DNA of 64,000 bases from Tubiluchus corallicola. Taxonomy: Eukaryota > Animalia > Priapulida. The notes under the pieces were generated by a model that worked only from the letters and a program-made list of their open reading frames with translations, was not told where the DNA came from and did not search any database. The DNA lies in assembly GCA_030141605.1 (NCBI GenBank), contig JAQGDQ010000822.1, positions 27,575 through 91,574 of the forward strand, read 5' to 3'. A program made the position numbers and the translations under genes. Shown here piece after piece: positions 28,090 through 39,536 of this stretch (position 1 is its first letter; every line of letters starts with the position of its first letter).

Positions 28090-29058
28090 TTATTGTTTAC
28101 ACAACTTCGCGGGATGCATTCTTTTCATACCTTTTCTGAATTCTTTCAAACGAAAAGCGTAAATAAATACATTTGTAATGCTGTTAATTTCTCCCAGTAA
28201 GAGAAAACCTATCATGTGTTTCATGTCCGTGATGTTGGTTAGCCCGGTATAATACAAAAGACGTTTGATAAAAAACGGATACCATAGCAAGAAGTAAAGA
28301 CCAACGTTCATAGCAACAGTCACAGCCAGTTTTGCTCTTGCAACACCCGCACGATGACGCTGTACCTCTTCCGTATTAGACGACTCGATCCTATTTATCT
28401 GATGTAAACTTGCCTTGATGATTTTCACATAGAGAATCAATATAAGGAAAGGGAAAATTAGAAAAAACGTTACGTTGGCTATCCAAGCGTATGTGTGTGT
28501 CGGAGATACATTGGCAGAAGGTAGACAGTAGTCTGTATGGGCAGTCGGGTCGCTACTTTGAAAGCCAGCCGCTATTGTTCCAGAAATCATAGCAGACATC
28601 CAAACTGAGGTCAATCCGACGATCAGGCGTTTCTCAGTTACCATGGCGTCGTATCGAAGCGGATACATAACGGCAACGTATCTTTCAAACGTTATGGCAA
28701 CTATGGACAGAACGGTAGAAAATTGAAAACAGAGAGCAAATGCTGTGAGAACGAGGCAGTAGACCATATCTCTGTCTAGTTCGCAAAAGTAAAGTGTTCC
28801 CGCAGCCATGGCGACAACACCAACGCCACCGTCACTCACTGCTTGATTACACAGAATATAGTAAGGAATCTTATGAAGAGGCGCGGAGAAGTAAATGATT
28901 AACACGATTAATAAATTAGCAAATGTTGTCAGGAAACCGAGACTAATGAATAAACATCCTATGATCATCTTCCACTTTGAGGAATCAGAGCTGCTTGTAT
29001 TGTAAACTTCTGTACCATCCATACCCATCCTGTTCTCCCAGACGTTTGTACCAACCAT
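28090..29058 (-). CDS. Intronless class A (rhodopsin-like) 7TM GPCR, outer-left copy
   Basis: Seven hydrophobic segments, N-glycosylation site NTS, QAVSD, ITFERYVAVMYPLRY, LLWYP, NVFIYAFR; first in-frame ATG at 29058. Confidence 0.92.
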   Translation of the reverse strand: MVGTNVWENRMGMDGTEVYNTSSSDSSKWKMIIGCLFISLGFLTTFANLLIVLIIYFSAPLHKIPYYILCNQAVSDGGVGVVAMAAGTLYFCELDRDMVYCLVLTAFALCFQFSTVLSIVAITFERYVAVMYPLRYDAMVTEKRLIVGLTSVWMSAMISGTIAAGFQSSDPTAHTDYCLPSANVSPTHTYAWIANVTFFLIFPFLILILYVKIIKASLHQINRIESSNTEEVQRHRAGVARAKLAVTVAMNVGLYFLLWYPFFIKRLLYYTGLTNITDMKHMIGFLLLGEINSITNVFIYAFRLKEFRKGMKRMHPAKLCKQ

Positions 29059-29399
29059 CCCGTTCAAATGCCTCTAACTTTATGCTCTCGTAAACAATTC
29101 CTAACGCACGCCAATCAACTAATTCCTCAGTGTGGCTCATATGTCTTGTGCTCAGGTATTTATACCTGCATGCTCGCCTCATCACAATTATCTTGTCACA
29201 AAATTCCTTTGTATTTTTGCACTGTCGCTTTTCCTCTAGTTAAATAGGTAACGACTTCATCTCGGATTTCAGCAAGCAGTGATTTAATTTGGCTTGAATA
29301 ATAATTACTATAAAAACGTTATTTCACGTCGTTTCCGATGACAACCTGCAACATTTTATAGCGCCTAGGGAAATAACTTAATTGCTTATAGTGTATATA

Positions 29400-29711
29400 T
29401 AATCATTTGCAAAAGTTTAAGACCATCGTGATTTTTTCACGAAAATTGACAAAACCATCGTTTAACACGGTTCCATCTAAAAACTATTCATTTATTCTTC
29501 TAGAAATATATACTACAGCATAGTTTGTATGTTTTTATCCAAAAATAGTCACAGTCCTTGAACATTTTAGTACTTTGTATGGCCGCCGAAGTTGTCAATC
29601 ACTGCCTGCATTCTAAGAGGCGTACTGGAAAATTAGGTTTTGGCAGTACTCGGAAGTAATTTCTTTAACCCAAACGTCCTTGATAACTCTTCGCAAGTCT
29701 TCAGCACTTGA
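29400..29711 (-). mobile_element. Tc1-family 3' terminal fragment, internally deleted
   Basis: Matches 48361-48673; joins directly to sequence mirroring 47900. Confidence 0.8.
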
Positions 29712-30115
29712 TGGCAGCTACACAGTCAACTTTGACATCCCCGTAACTTCCCACATCTACAAAAACAATCCCCCACAAAGATGCTCACTATTTCATTTGC
29801 CTCTAAAACATTATTTAAGGACTAGCAAAGGCCCCGCAAAACATTGCGTATAAATACACTTATAATCAATAATACGCGAACATCCTACATAGTCCTCATT
29901 TACAACACAAAGCGAGCAGCAGCTTTTACTGAATCAAAGTTATAAGTTTATAGACAGAGTATAATGGATGACGTCAGAACAATGGCTTTGCATCAGCAGC
30001 TTTCCGAGCGAAAATTGCCAAAAATAGAACATCTAATTAACTCGTCTGCACTCCTTTTGGTGGACGTGTCCTGAAATATAGCACATCCTCTTGTAGCCCT
30101 GTTCTTCCTCTTTCT

Positions 30116-32450
30116 ATTTATTTATTTATTTATTTATTAAATATATCCACAATGATCATTACAGCATTGTACATAAAAGTATTTAATAATATATTTATTA
30201 TTATGTGTTCAAGATGCCAAGCCGAAAATGACCCGTGGGGTACTCAAGAAGTATTTACTTGTTTAGAGTACCCCAAATGAATGTGGACTAAGTGTAATAG
30301 AAAAGAGCACTAAAGGAATAGAAGAAAGGTTAATAGAAAATAGAAAGAAGAAGAAAGGTGTGGTGGTATCTGTATGAAGTAATGAATGTGGACTGAGTGT
30401 AATAGAAAAGAGCACTAAAGGAATAGAAGAAAGGTTAATAGAAAATAGAAAGAAGGAGAAAGATGTGGTAGTATCTGTATGAAGTAACATGAACTATAGA
30501 AATGTAAAAATTGACATAGCCAGCAACACAATGGATTACGACAGGGACAGCAGTGTAATTAATCAAATTGATTTATTCTGTATAATTAGAAAAGATTTCA
30601 TTTTTAAAATTTCTTTTGAAGTTCTTTTTAGATAAAGAATTTTTTATGTATTCGTTTATGTTATTCCAAAGTCAGTCTAGGGCCAGTGTTAGTGATGAAG
30701 TGCCTTGCCGCATCAGTCCTGCAATACTTAATACAAAATTCGTTAAATCTTGTTGAGTAATGACGTACGTTAATGGATAATGGGTTTAAAAAGAAAGCTG
30801 GGTGAAGTTTATGTTTGGTTTTGTAGATGTACTCAGCCGTATTCAGGTTTATTAGATCATTTAGCACTAGGATAGAATAATTCTCAGAAAGATTAAGACC
30901 TACATGTTCACACTTGTTCAAATTACCTATCAATCTTATAAATTTACGTTGTAGAGAGTTTAGTTTAACTAGAGTTGAAGGGTAGGTGTACCCCCAAAGT
31001 ATATTACAGTAGGTTAAGTATGGCAGTACTAGACAATTATAAAGAGTGATTAGGTGTTCTTTTGTAAAACAATGTTTAACTCGACTGATTAACCCGATGT
31101 TTTTAGCAACTTTAGAATGAATCATGTTTAAGTGTGGTTTCCAATCTAGGTGTTCATTTAACATAACCCCTAGGAACTTCATTTCACTTACTTGTTCTAC
31201 AGCATTACCATCAATTTTTATAATACTGTTCATATTTATAGGTTTGTTGCGAGCTCTGAATAAAATGTATTTAGTTTTAGTTGAGTTTAGTGCTAATTTA
31301 TTGATTTTAAACCAGGCTGTAATTTTACTGAGTTCACTATTAATAATATTAGTGTTAAGTAACTTGCTGTTGATCTTGAAAAAAATACTTGTGTCATCAG
31401 CAAATTGGAAGACCTTTCCATTGTCAGTAATACAGTTTTGTAAGTCATTAATGTATATTAAAAACAACAGAGGTCCCAAAATAGATCCCTGGGGTACTCC
31501 GTGTGTGACTATTGCTTCGTTGGAAAAAACATTGTTACATTTGACTGCTTGAGTTCGATCCTTGAAGTAATTAGCAAACCATGAGTATGCGACCCCTCTA
31601 ATGCCATAGTGGAATAACTTATCTAACAGAATAGCATGATTAACTCTATCAAAGGCCTTAGAGAGATCGCAAAAATGCCAATGGCAACAGCGTTTTGTTC
31701 TAATGAATTAATTACGTTGTTTATTATATTTATTAGGGCTAGCTGTGTAGAGCTACCCTTTCTAAAGCCATACTGATGATTATAAAGTACACTATGTATA
31801 GTCAAGTAGTCTAATAATCTTTTATGGACTATTTTTTCTAATATTTTAGAGAAAAAAGGTAATAATGATATGGGTCTATAGTTATTAATATCTAAGGAGT
31901 CTTTAGCCTTAAACACATGAATAATTACTGATTTTTTAAGTTGATAAGGTAATTTTCCTGTTGTTAATGAACAATTGATTATATGTGTTAAAGGAGCAGC
32001 TAAGTTATCAATTAAATCAATTGTGACTTTGGGGAGAAAGGTGTCAAAGCCTGCCCCTTTATTACGGTTGAAAGATTTACATGTAGATTTTAATTCATTT
32101 ATTGTAACAGGACTGAAGAAAAGAGTAGACTGATAATCACCCTTAAGATAAACTTTAGGGTTGACACCAGTATTTGGAATTTCTGCAGCTAATTTTTGAC
32201 CAATCTGTGAGAAATGCTCGTTGAAAGCACAAGCGACAGATTTATTGTCAGTTATTAATTTGTTGTTAATTTTAAGAGTATATGAACCAGATTTTCTATT
32301 TGACTGCAAAATTTATTTCATAATAATCCACGTTTTCTTCAAGTTAGTTTTAACATGTTCCAGTTTGTTTTGATAAGAATTAGATTTAGAGAGTTTTATT
32401 ATGTTGTTTAACCTATTACGATACTGTTTGTATTCACGAATAGTGGGATC
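30116..32450 (-). mobile_element. 5'-truncated CR1/L2-group LINE, frameshifted reverse transcriptase
   Basis: NYRPISLLPFFSKILEK, QYGFR, GVPQGSILGPLLFLIYINDL, FADDT, KFLGV; (TAAA)n tail. Confidence 0.92.
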
Positions 32451-33245
32451 ATAATTAATATTAATTCATTATTATTAAGGAAGTAATAATAAATTCCTAA
32501 AATCGAGAACAACATTTATAGGCTATTAGCTGTCGGGATTTCACAGATTTTAAAACTAAATACGCTGCCAGACATAGGCCACACGACAATAGTCCATTAA
32601 GTTTACAAATAAGTGACATTTACATTTCAACTACTTACTTACTTACTACTTACTTACTACAACAAGAATGGACAGTACACCGTACAGCGCGTTTATTTAT
32701 TGTTTAAGCTGAATACAAGTGATTTGAACTGAATTTTCACAGTGAATAATACATACATATACGTTTAGCTACAAACATTATTTCACATTATAAGTGATAC
32801 TAGTCACTGTAAGGAGGAGGAACGAGCATTATGCTGTCGCCTCCTCCTCCAGATACTAAAGCAAATGACGTCTAACGTAATGTCAATCATTTTCGTTGAC
32901 TGCCCAATCAGCGTGCAAGTTATTTCACACACCCCTGCAGCAGGTACGTTTGGGACATTTAGCTACAGCTGCGTCTAACACTGTTGTGAAAAATGCTCAA
33001 CTTTTCATCAGTTAGCGGGAAAAATATTGACTTGGTTCTAGATTTTATTATGTCAATTGAAATTGCAAGTGAATTAGTGGAAATATATATTCTGGTTTCG
33101 TTTACAGGAAGAAATTCACAATGCTTACGTCTATAAGTTGCTGATTAAACCATTTTGCAATCAAGAAAATACACAGTTTAGTTTAGTTTATGGCTTTGCA
33201 AGTTAGATAAAAATAACTATTTGATTAACTTTATTTATTTATTGT

Positions 33246-34220
33246 TTAAGCAGTACACAACTTTACGGGATACATTCTTTTCATACCTTTTCTGAATTCT
33301 TTCAAACGAAAAGCGTAAATAAATACATTTGTAACGCTGTTAATTTCTCCCAGTAAGAGAAAACCTATCATGTGTTTCATGTCCGTGATGTTGCTTAGCC
33401 CGGTATGATACAAAAGACCTTTGATAAAAAACGGATACCATAGCAAGAAGTAAAGACCAACGTTCATAGCAATAGTCACAGCCAGTTTTGTTCTTGCAAC
33501 ACCCGCACGATGTCGCTGTACCTCTTCCGTATTAGACGACTCGATCCTATTTATCTGATGTAAACTTGCCTTGATGATTCTCACATAAAGGATCAATATA
33601 AGGAAAGGAAAAATTAGAAAAAACGTTATGACGACTATCCAAGCGTATGTCAGTGTCGGAGATGCATTGGCAGAAGTTAGACAGTAGTCTGTAAAGGCTG
33701 TCGGGTCGTTACCTTGTAAGCCAGCTGTTATTGTTCCAGAAATCATAGCAGACATCCAAACTGAGGTCAGTCCGACGATCAGGCGTTTCTCAGTAACCAT
33801 GGCATCGTATCGAAGCGGATACATAACGGCAACGTATCTTTCAAACGTTATGGCAACTATGGACAGAACGGCAGAAAATTGAAAAGCGAGGACAAATGCT
33901 GTGAGAACGAGGCAGTAGACCATATCTCTGTCTAGTTCGCAAAAGTAAACAGTTCCCAAAGCGATGGCGGCAACACCAACGCCACCGTCACTCACTGCTT
34001 GATTACACAGAATATAGTAAGGAATCTTATGAAGAGGCGTGGAGAAGTAAATGTTTAACACGATTAATAAATTAGAAAATGTTGTCAGGAAACCGAGACT
34101 AATGAATAAACATCCAATGATCATCTTCCACTCTGAGGAATCAGAGCTGCTTGTATTGTAAACTTCTGTACCATCCATACCCATCCTGTTCTCCCAGACG
34201 TTTGTACCATCCATACCCAT
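33246..34220 (-). CDS. Intronless class A GPCR, inner-left copy
   Basis: Same motifs as 28090; first in-frame ATG at 34220 (MGMDG); from there the protein is identical to the 43486-44499 product. Confidence 0.92.
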   Translation of the reverse strand: MGMDGTNVWENRMGMDGTEVYNTSSSDSSEWKMIIGCLFISLGFLTTFSNLLIVLNIYFSTPLHKIPYYILCNQAVSDGGVGVAAIALGTVYFCELDRDMVYCLVLTAFVLAFQFSAVLSIVAITFERYVAVMYPLRYDAMVTEKRLIVGLTSVWMSAMISGTITAGLQGNDPTAFTDYCLTSANASPTLTYAWIVVITFFLIFPFLILILYVRIIKASLHQINRIESSNTEEVQRHRAGVARTKLAVTIAMNVGLYFLLWYPFFIKGLLYHTGLSNITDMKHMIGFLLLGEINSVTNVFIYAFRLKEFRKGMKRMYPVKLCTA

Positions 34221-34603
34221 CCTGTTCTCCCAGACGTTTGTACCAACCACACCGTGCAAATGCCTCTAACTTTATGCTCTCGTAAACAACTCCTAACGCA
34301 CGCCAATCAACTAGTTCCTCAGAATGGCTCACATGTTTTGTGCTCATGGGTATCTGTCTGTTTGTATTTATACCTGCACGCTCGCCTCGTCACAATTTTC
34401 TTGTCACAAAATCCAAAAGTATTTTTGCGCTGCCGTTTTTTCTCTAGCTAACAAGGTAACGACTTCATATCGGATTTCAGCAAGCAGTAATTTAATTTGG
34501 CTTAATAATTGCTTTAGAAACGTTTCTTCCCGTCGTTTCCGATGACAACCTACAACATTTTATAGCGCATGTGGAAATAATTTAATTGCTTATAGTGTAT
34601 ATA

Positions 34604-35130
34604 CAATCATTTGCAAAAGTTTAAGACCAAAGTGATTTTTTCATGAAAATTAACAAACCATCGTTTAACACGGTTCCATCTAAAAACTATTCATTTATTC
34701 TTCTAGAAACATATACTACAGCATAGTTTGTATCTTTTTATCCAAAAATAGTCACAGTCCTTGAACATTTTAGTACTTTGTATGGCCGCCGAAGTTGTCA
34801 ATCACTGCCTTCATTCTAAGAGGCATACTGGAAATTAGGTTTTGGCAGTACTCGGAAGTAATTTCTTTAACCTAAACGTCCTTGAGAACTCTTCGCAAGT
34901 CTTCAGCACTTGATAGCTGCCTGTCTGCCATCTTATCCTTCAGTATCTCCCAGAGATTCTCTATCGGATTGAGGTCCAGACTGTTTCCAGGCCATTCAAG
35001 TACGGCGATGTTCTTCTCCCTGAGGAAATTGGTGGTCACCTTCGATCTGTGGCAAGGAGCTCTGTCTTGCATGAAGACTGAACACTTATGAACACTCATA
35101 TGCAATTCTAGTTGTTCCTATAGTAATCTT
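34604..35130 (-). mobile_element. Tc1 (DD34E) transposase C-terminal fragment and terminus
   Basis: FMQDRAPCH...WPGNSLDLNPIENLW with 34 residues between D and E; premature stop; terminus followed by TA. Confidence 0.9.
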
Positions 35131-35221
35131 ATTAGTACATAATCATATCATTTTCCTGTTTTCGGTCAATCTACTTTTTTCTTATCTACGTGGTTTTACT
35201 AATGCATAGAGCACGTCCAAC

Positions 35222-36225
35222 ACGGTTGTTCCAGACTCTTCCTCAGTTGTTCCAGTCTTTCCCTTAGTTGTTCCAGTCTCTTCCTTAGTTGCTCCAGTCT
35301 TTCCCTCAGTCGTTCCAGACTCTTCCTTAGTTGTTCCAGTCTTTCCCTTAGTTGTTCCAGTCTCTTCCTTAGTTGCTACAGTCTTTCCCTTAGTTGTTCC
35401 AGTCTTTCCCTTAGTTGTTCCAGACTCTTCCTTAGTTGTTCCAGTCTTTCCCTTAGTTGTTCCAATCTCTTCCTTAGTTGTTCCAGTCTTTCCCTTAGTT
35501 GTTCCAGTCTCTTCCTTAGTTGTTCCAGTCTTTCCCTTAGTTGTTCCAGTCTTTCCCTTAGTTGCTCCAGTCTTTCCCTCAGTTGCTCCAGTCTTTCCCT
35601 CAGCTGTTCCCTCAGTTGTTCCAGTCTTTCCCCTTAGTTGCTCCAGTCTTTCCCTTAGTTGTTCCAGTCTCTTCCTTAGTTGCTCCAGTCCCTCAGTTCC
35701 AGTCTTTCCCTTAGTTGTTCCAGTCTTTCCCTCAGTTGCTCCAGTCTTTCCCTTAGTTGTTCCAGTCTTTCCCTTAGTTGCTCCAGTCTTTCCCTCAGTT
35801 GCTCCAGTCTTTCCCTTAGTTGTTCCAGTCTTTCCCTCAGTTGCTCCAGTCTGTCCCTTAGTTGTTCCAGTCTTTCCCTTAGTTGTTCCAGTCTTTCCCT
35901 TAGTTGTTCCAGTCTTTCCCTTAGTTGTTCCAGTCTTTCCCTCAGTTGTTCCAGTCTTTCCCTTAGTTGCTCCAGTCTTTCCCTCAGTTGTTCCAGTCTT
36001 TCCCTTAGTTGTTCCAGTCTTTCCCTTAGTTGTTCCAGTCTTTCCCTTAGTTGTTCCAGTCTTTCCCTTAGTTGTTCCAGTCTTTCCCTCAGTTGCTCCA
36101 GTCTTTCCCTCAGTTGCTCCAGTCTTTCCCTTAGTTGTTCCAGTCTTTCCCTCAGTTGCTCCAGTCTGTCCCTTAGTTGTTCCAGTCTTTCCCTTAGTTG
36201 TTCCAGTCTTTCCCTTAGTTGTTTT
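35222..36225. repeat. 21-bp satellite (~48 units) at the inner end of the left arm
   Basis: Unit CTTAGTTGTTCCAGTCTTTCC with variants. Confidence 0.96.
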
Positions 36226-36734
36226 CCACATTTACTTCAAGGAAAAATTCAAATTGCAGTTGTCAAAATTCTAGGTTTCTAAAATTCTCATTTTTAAAAT
36301 GAAGCCATTTACCTTGAGCGGTTAGCTGTGTCTGTTTATGAAGGTTATGGAGATGATTCGAAATTTGCTATTACGATCCATGAAATATTTACCCCAAATT
36401 AAAATAGGATAAAAACGAAGTGTTTTCTGTTGTCATGCCAACATTATGAAAAGTAAACCTTTTTTTCTATTTGGCTCTCGAAATCTTGATATTGCGACGT
36501 CCCAAGATCATTTTAGGCTTTTTAGTCTCAGATGAAGCCACCTAGGTGCGAGGATTTAAACATCAAATTACTCTGGCTTCAAAGAAACGTTATTCTAAAA
36601 TCCTAAAATCGAGAACAACATTTATAGGCTATTAGCTGTCGGGATTTCGCAGATTTTATAACTAAATACGCTGCCAGACGTAGGCCACACGACAATAGTC
36701 CATTAAGTTTACAAATAAGTGACATTTACTGAGC

Positions 36735-36890
36735 TTCAAGTGTCGTGGACTTTTGTAACGTGGCTTTTGTGACGTGGCTTCAAGTGACGTGGCTTCTGTG
36801 ACGTGGCTTCTGTGACGTGGCTTTTGTGACGTGGCTCCAAGTGACGTGGGCTTCAAGTGACGTGGCTTCTGTGACGCTGGCTTCAAATGG
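36735..36890. repeat. 14-16-bp tandem array containing seven TGACGTGG motifs
   Basis: GTGACGTGGCTTCT / GTGACGTGGCTTCAA units. Confidence 0.85.
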
Positions 36891-36981
36891 TCACGTGAAA
36901 GAAACTATCGTGAAATGACAATGTAAAAGACACTTCTCAAATTATTTTAATTCTCCAATAAACCGAATAAAAATAACCAAC

Positions 36982-37926
36982 TCAGAACAACTTGTTCCAA
37001 ATATTAGCAAAAATTTGCTGAAAACCACTGCGAAAATCTTCTAAACGGAAAGCGTAGATGAAAATATTTGTGAAACTGTTAATTTCTCCTATTAGCAGCA
37101 GAAGGATATGCGGCTTCATATCAACACTCTCGTTGGTGTCCTCGAACAGGTACATCAAGGCTTTAATGTAGTAGGGATACCAGAAGAGAAAAGAGAAGCC
37201 AACATTGATGGCAACTGTTATAACTAGCTTTATTGTGGTACTCGTTCGATACCGATTCGTTTCGTTTATGTGAAAAACTTCCACTCTGTTTATCTGCATC
37301 AGTGCAGCTTTGATGATCTTGATGTAAAGTCCCATGATGGTCAGAGGAACGATTAAACATCCGATGATGACCAACGTCCATACAAGATTCAGTGAAGGAG
37401 ACGTGGCGTTCGAGGAGAGACAGTAGTCGGTGAATAAAATACTCGCATGGCTTCTTTGCATCAGAACTAGGACTACACCAAGGATAATTCCAGTAAACCA
37501 CACTGCAACTAATCCAAACACTACGCGTTTTAGGGTCACTAGGGTTTCATATTGAAGTGGATAGATTACTGCAATATACCTCTCAGCTGTTATAATTGAA
37601 ATGGAAACTATTGAGCAAACATGAAATGGGATAATTAGTCCCGTAAGCATAATGCAGTTTCTGGGATCTTCGTCCAAATTATAAAGAAGGATTACTCCCG
37701 TGACGACAGCAGCACATCCGACACCAGCGTCGCTGATCGCTTGGCTAACCAAAATATAAAACGGAATTTTGTGCAAAGATCTGGTGGCGCATATGACAAG
37801 TGCTGTAAAAACGTTGCAGCATATCGTCAAAAGTCCAAAACTCATGAACAAAACGCTAACTTGAAACCTCCATTTTGATTCGCCAATAACAATGGTTTCG
37901 TTTGAAACATTATTGTCATCAGACAT
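36982..37926 (-). CDS. Intronless class A GPCR, divergent single-copy paralog in the spacer
   Basis: ATG start, NVS/NET glycosylation sites, LHKIPFYIL, QAISD, AERYIAVIYPLQY, TDYCL, LFWYP, GEINSFTNIFIYAFRL shared with the arm genes. Confidence 0.93.
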   Translation of the reverse strand: MSDDNNVSNETIVIGESKWRFQVSVLFMSFGLLTICCNVFTALVICATRSLHKIPFYILVSQAISDAGVGCAAVVTGVILLYNLDEDPRNCIMLTGLIIPFHVCSIVSISIITAERYIAVIYPLQYETLVTLKRVVFGLVAVWFTGIILGVVLVLMQRSHASILFTDYCLSSNATSPSLNLVWTLVIIGCLIVPLTIMGLYIKIIKAALMQINRVEVFHINETNRYRTSTTIKLVITVAINVGFSFLFWYPYYIKALMYLFEDTNESVDMKPHILLLLIGEINSFTNIFIYAFRLEDFRSGFQQIFANIWNKLF

Positions 37927-38315
37927 GTCAACATCAAGATGCTAAACAAGCAGCTAAACAAGCTATGATTAACGTGGGATGGTAATTTACGCGTCAGTTT
38001 ATGCATAAGACAGCATAATTTAAGCTACTTCATTATATTTTCCCACTTTTGCTGCACTCTTATTAAAAATATAACTTGTTTTACACCACTGAACAGCAAA
38101 CTTGTCACACGGAAAACTAAAATGAAGACTAAAACTCCTATAAATGTACCTGCTCACTAATTGAGCACGCTCAGAAGCTGTCCATTTACAAGCCACTTCA
38201 GCTTATGACAAAGATAAAACCATTAGTCCAATAATAAACCTTTTTGGCACGCTGCCAGAACGACTTTTAAAAACTTGGCGTGTCATCTTTCAAAAAGCAT
38301 TGCGGATCTTTATTA

Positions 38316-38374
38316 AGATGCGGATCTTTATTAAGCATTGCGGATCTTTATTAAGCATTGCGGATCTTTTTTAA
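38316..38374. repeat. ~20-bp triplication
   Basis: AAGCATTGCGGATCTTTATT repeated 3-4 times. Confidence 0.8.
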
Positions 38375-38392
38375 GGAGAGCGCTCTCTCTGT

Positions 38393-38805
38393 TTTGAAAC
38401 ACAAGAAAACCCATTACTTGAATAAATCTTAAAAAAATCGTCTTTAATTGTTGTGTCTCCTGCATGCTGTCTTATTGCACATAGAGCTGGTATTAGCAGT
38501 AACGCTGTATAAAACTTGAAAATTTAAACTCTCTCGACGGCCATTAGACGCAGCCAGTTTAACAGTAAGCTTAAAAAATTCGTCTTGAAATTTTATACCA
38601 CTTACGTACTGCCTTTTTGCATATTATACTTGCGTCGGCAGTAACGCTGAATAAAATTTGTAAAGTTACTCGCAGCCATTTTGATGATAAGTCATTTGAA
38701 ACAAGTTTAGATAACATTATGTGAAGTTTGAAAAGATAATCAGAGCATTCGCTTACTAGGCAAAAACATGAATTACTTTATCTTTTCAATAAAATTAAAA
38801 ATAAG
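38393..38805 (-). mobile_element. Decayed family-A MITE fragments
   Basis: ACACAAGAAAACCC..., AACGCTGTATAAAAC, GTCATTTGAAACAAGTTTAGATAACAT, AATCAGAGCATTCG match reverse family A. Confidence 0.65.
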
Positions 38806-39074
38806 TAATATTCTTAGATTATATATTACTATATTAAACTTATATTAATCTATATTATATATAGATTATTATACTAAGGAGGACTCGAAAGCTCAATGCT
38901 CCTTCCCCCTACTCACAGTAACTCGCTTAGTTTATTTTTTTCAATGTAATATCAATTTGTATGTATGTTTGAGTTAACATATTGAAAAAATATTGAAAAC
39001 TACAATAGCTTATTTTAAATCAAAGCTTAGGTTAAATAATAATTACCTCGGATACTCAAATTTCGTTAAACTTT

Positions 39075-39375
39075 CAAAGCTGCGCGCGGCTCAGTGAATC
39101 TATTAAGAGGGGCGGCAGCGCCTTTTCGTCACATTCGCGTAGCCGACAAATAGAAGGCGGTACCGTGATGGGGGGTAAGCATGATCATGAACTGCAGTGT
39201 TAGTTTCTGACGTCATATTACGTAGACTTCATTTTCGTGACATCACGCGTTTAAGCAGTACTGTAACACTTATGCAAATGTGCTTGACGCGCAAGGGAAG
39301 ATGCCTGCCATTGCACAAACTGTGGTTAATTTCTGACGTAAGCAATAGCCGTGTTCGGCTGCCGTTAATTAACTT
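39075..39375. promoter_or_regulatory. Candidate enhancer: CRE/ATF and octamer motif cluster in unique DNA
   Basis: GGGGCGG, TGACGTCA (~39208), TGACATCA (~39238), ATGCAAAT (~39272), TGACGC (~39285), TGACGTAA (~39333), TTAATTAA in a locally CpG-rich stretch. Motif evidence only. Confidence 0.35.
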
Positions 39376-39536
39376 TCTAAGCTAATTATTCAAATGTAAG
39401 GAACAATTGTTAACTTTTATAGGCAAGAAAAAGCATATTTTGGACAGTAAATTAAAATGAGATCGAGTCTAAGCAATCGCCCGATCTTCCTTTAAATAAT
39501 TTTAGTTGTAGTTTTCTTTAATTGGTGACTTCTTAC

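Noticed and set aside
35182-36282. 349-aa KTGTTKG and 200-aa SLSLSCS ORFs as genes
   Set aside because: Translations of the 21-bp satellite; frames differ between the arms.
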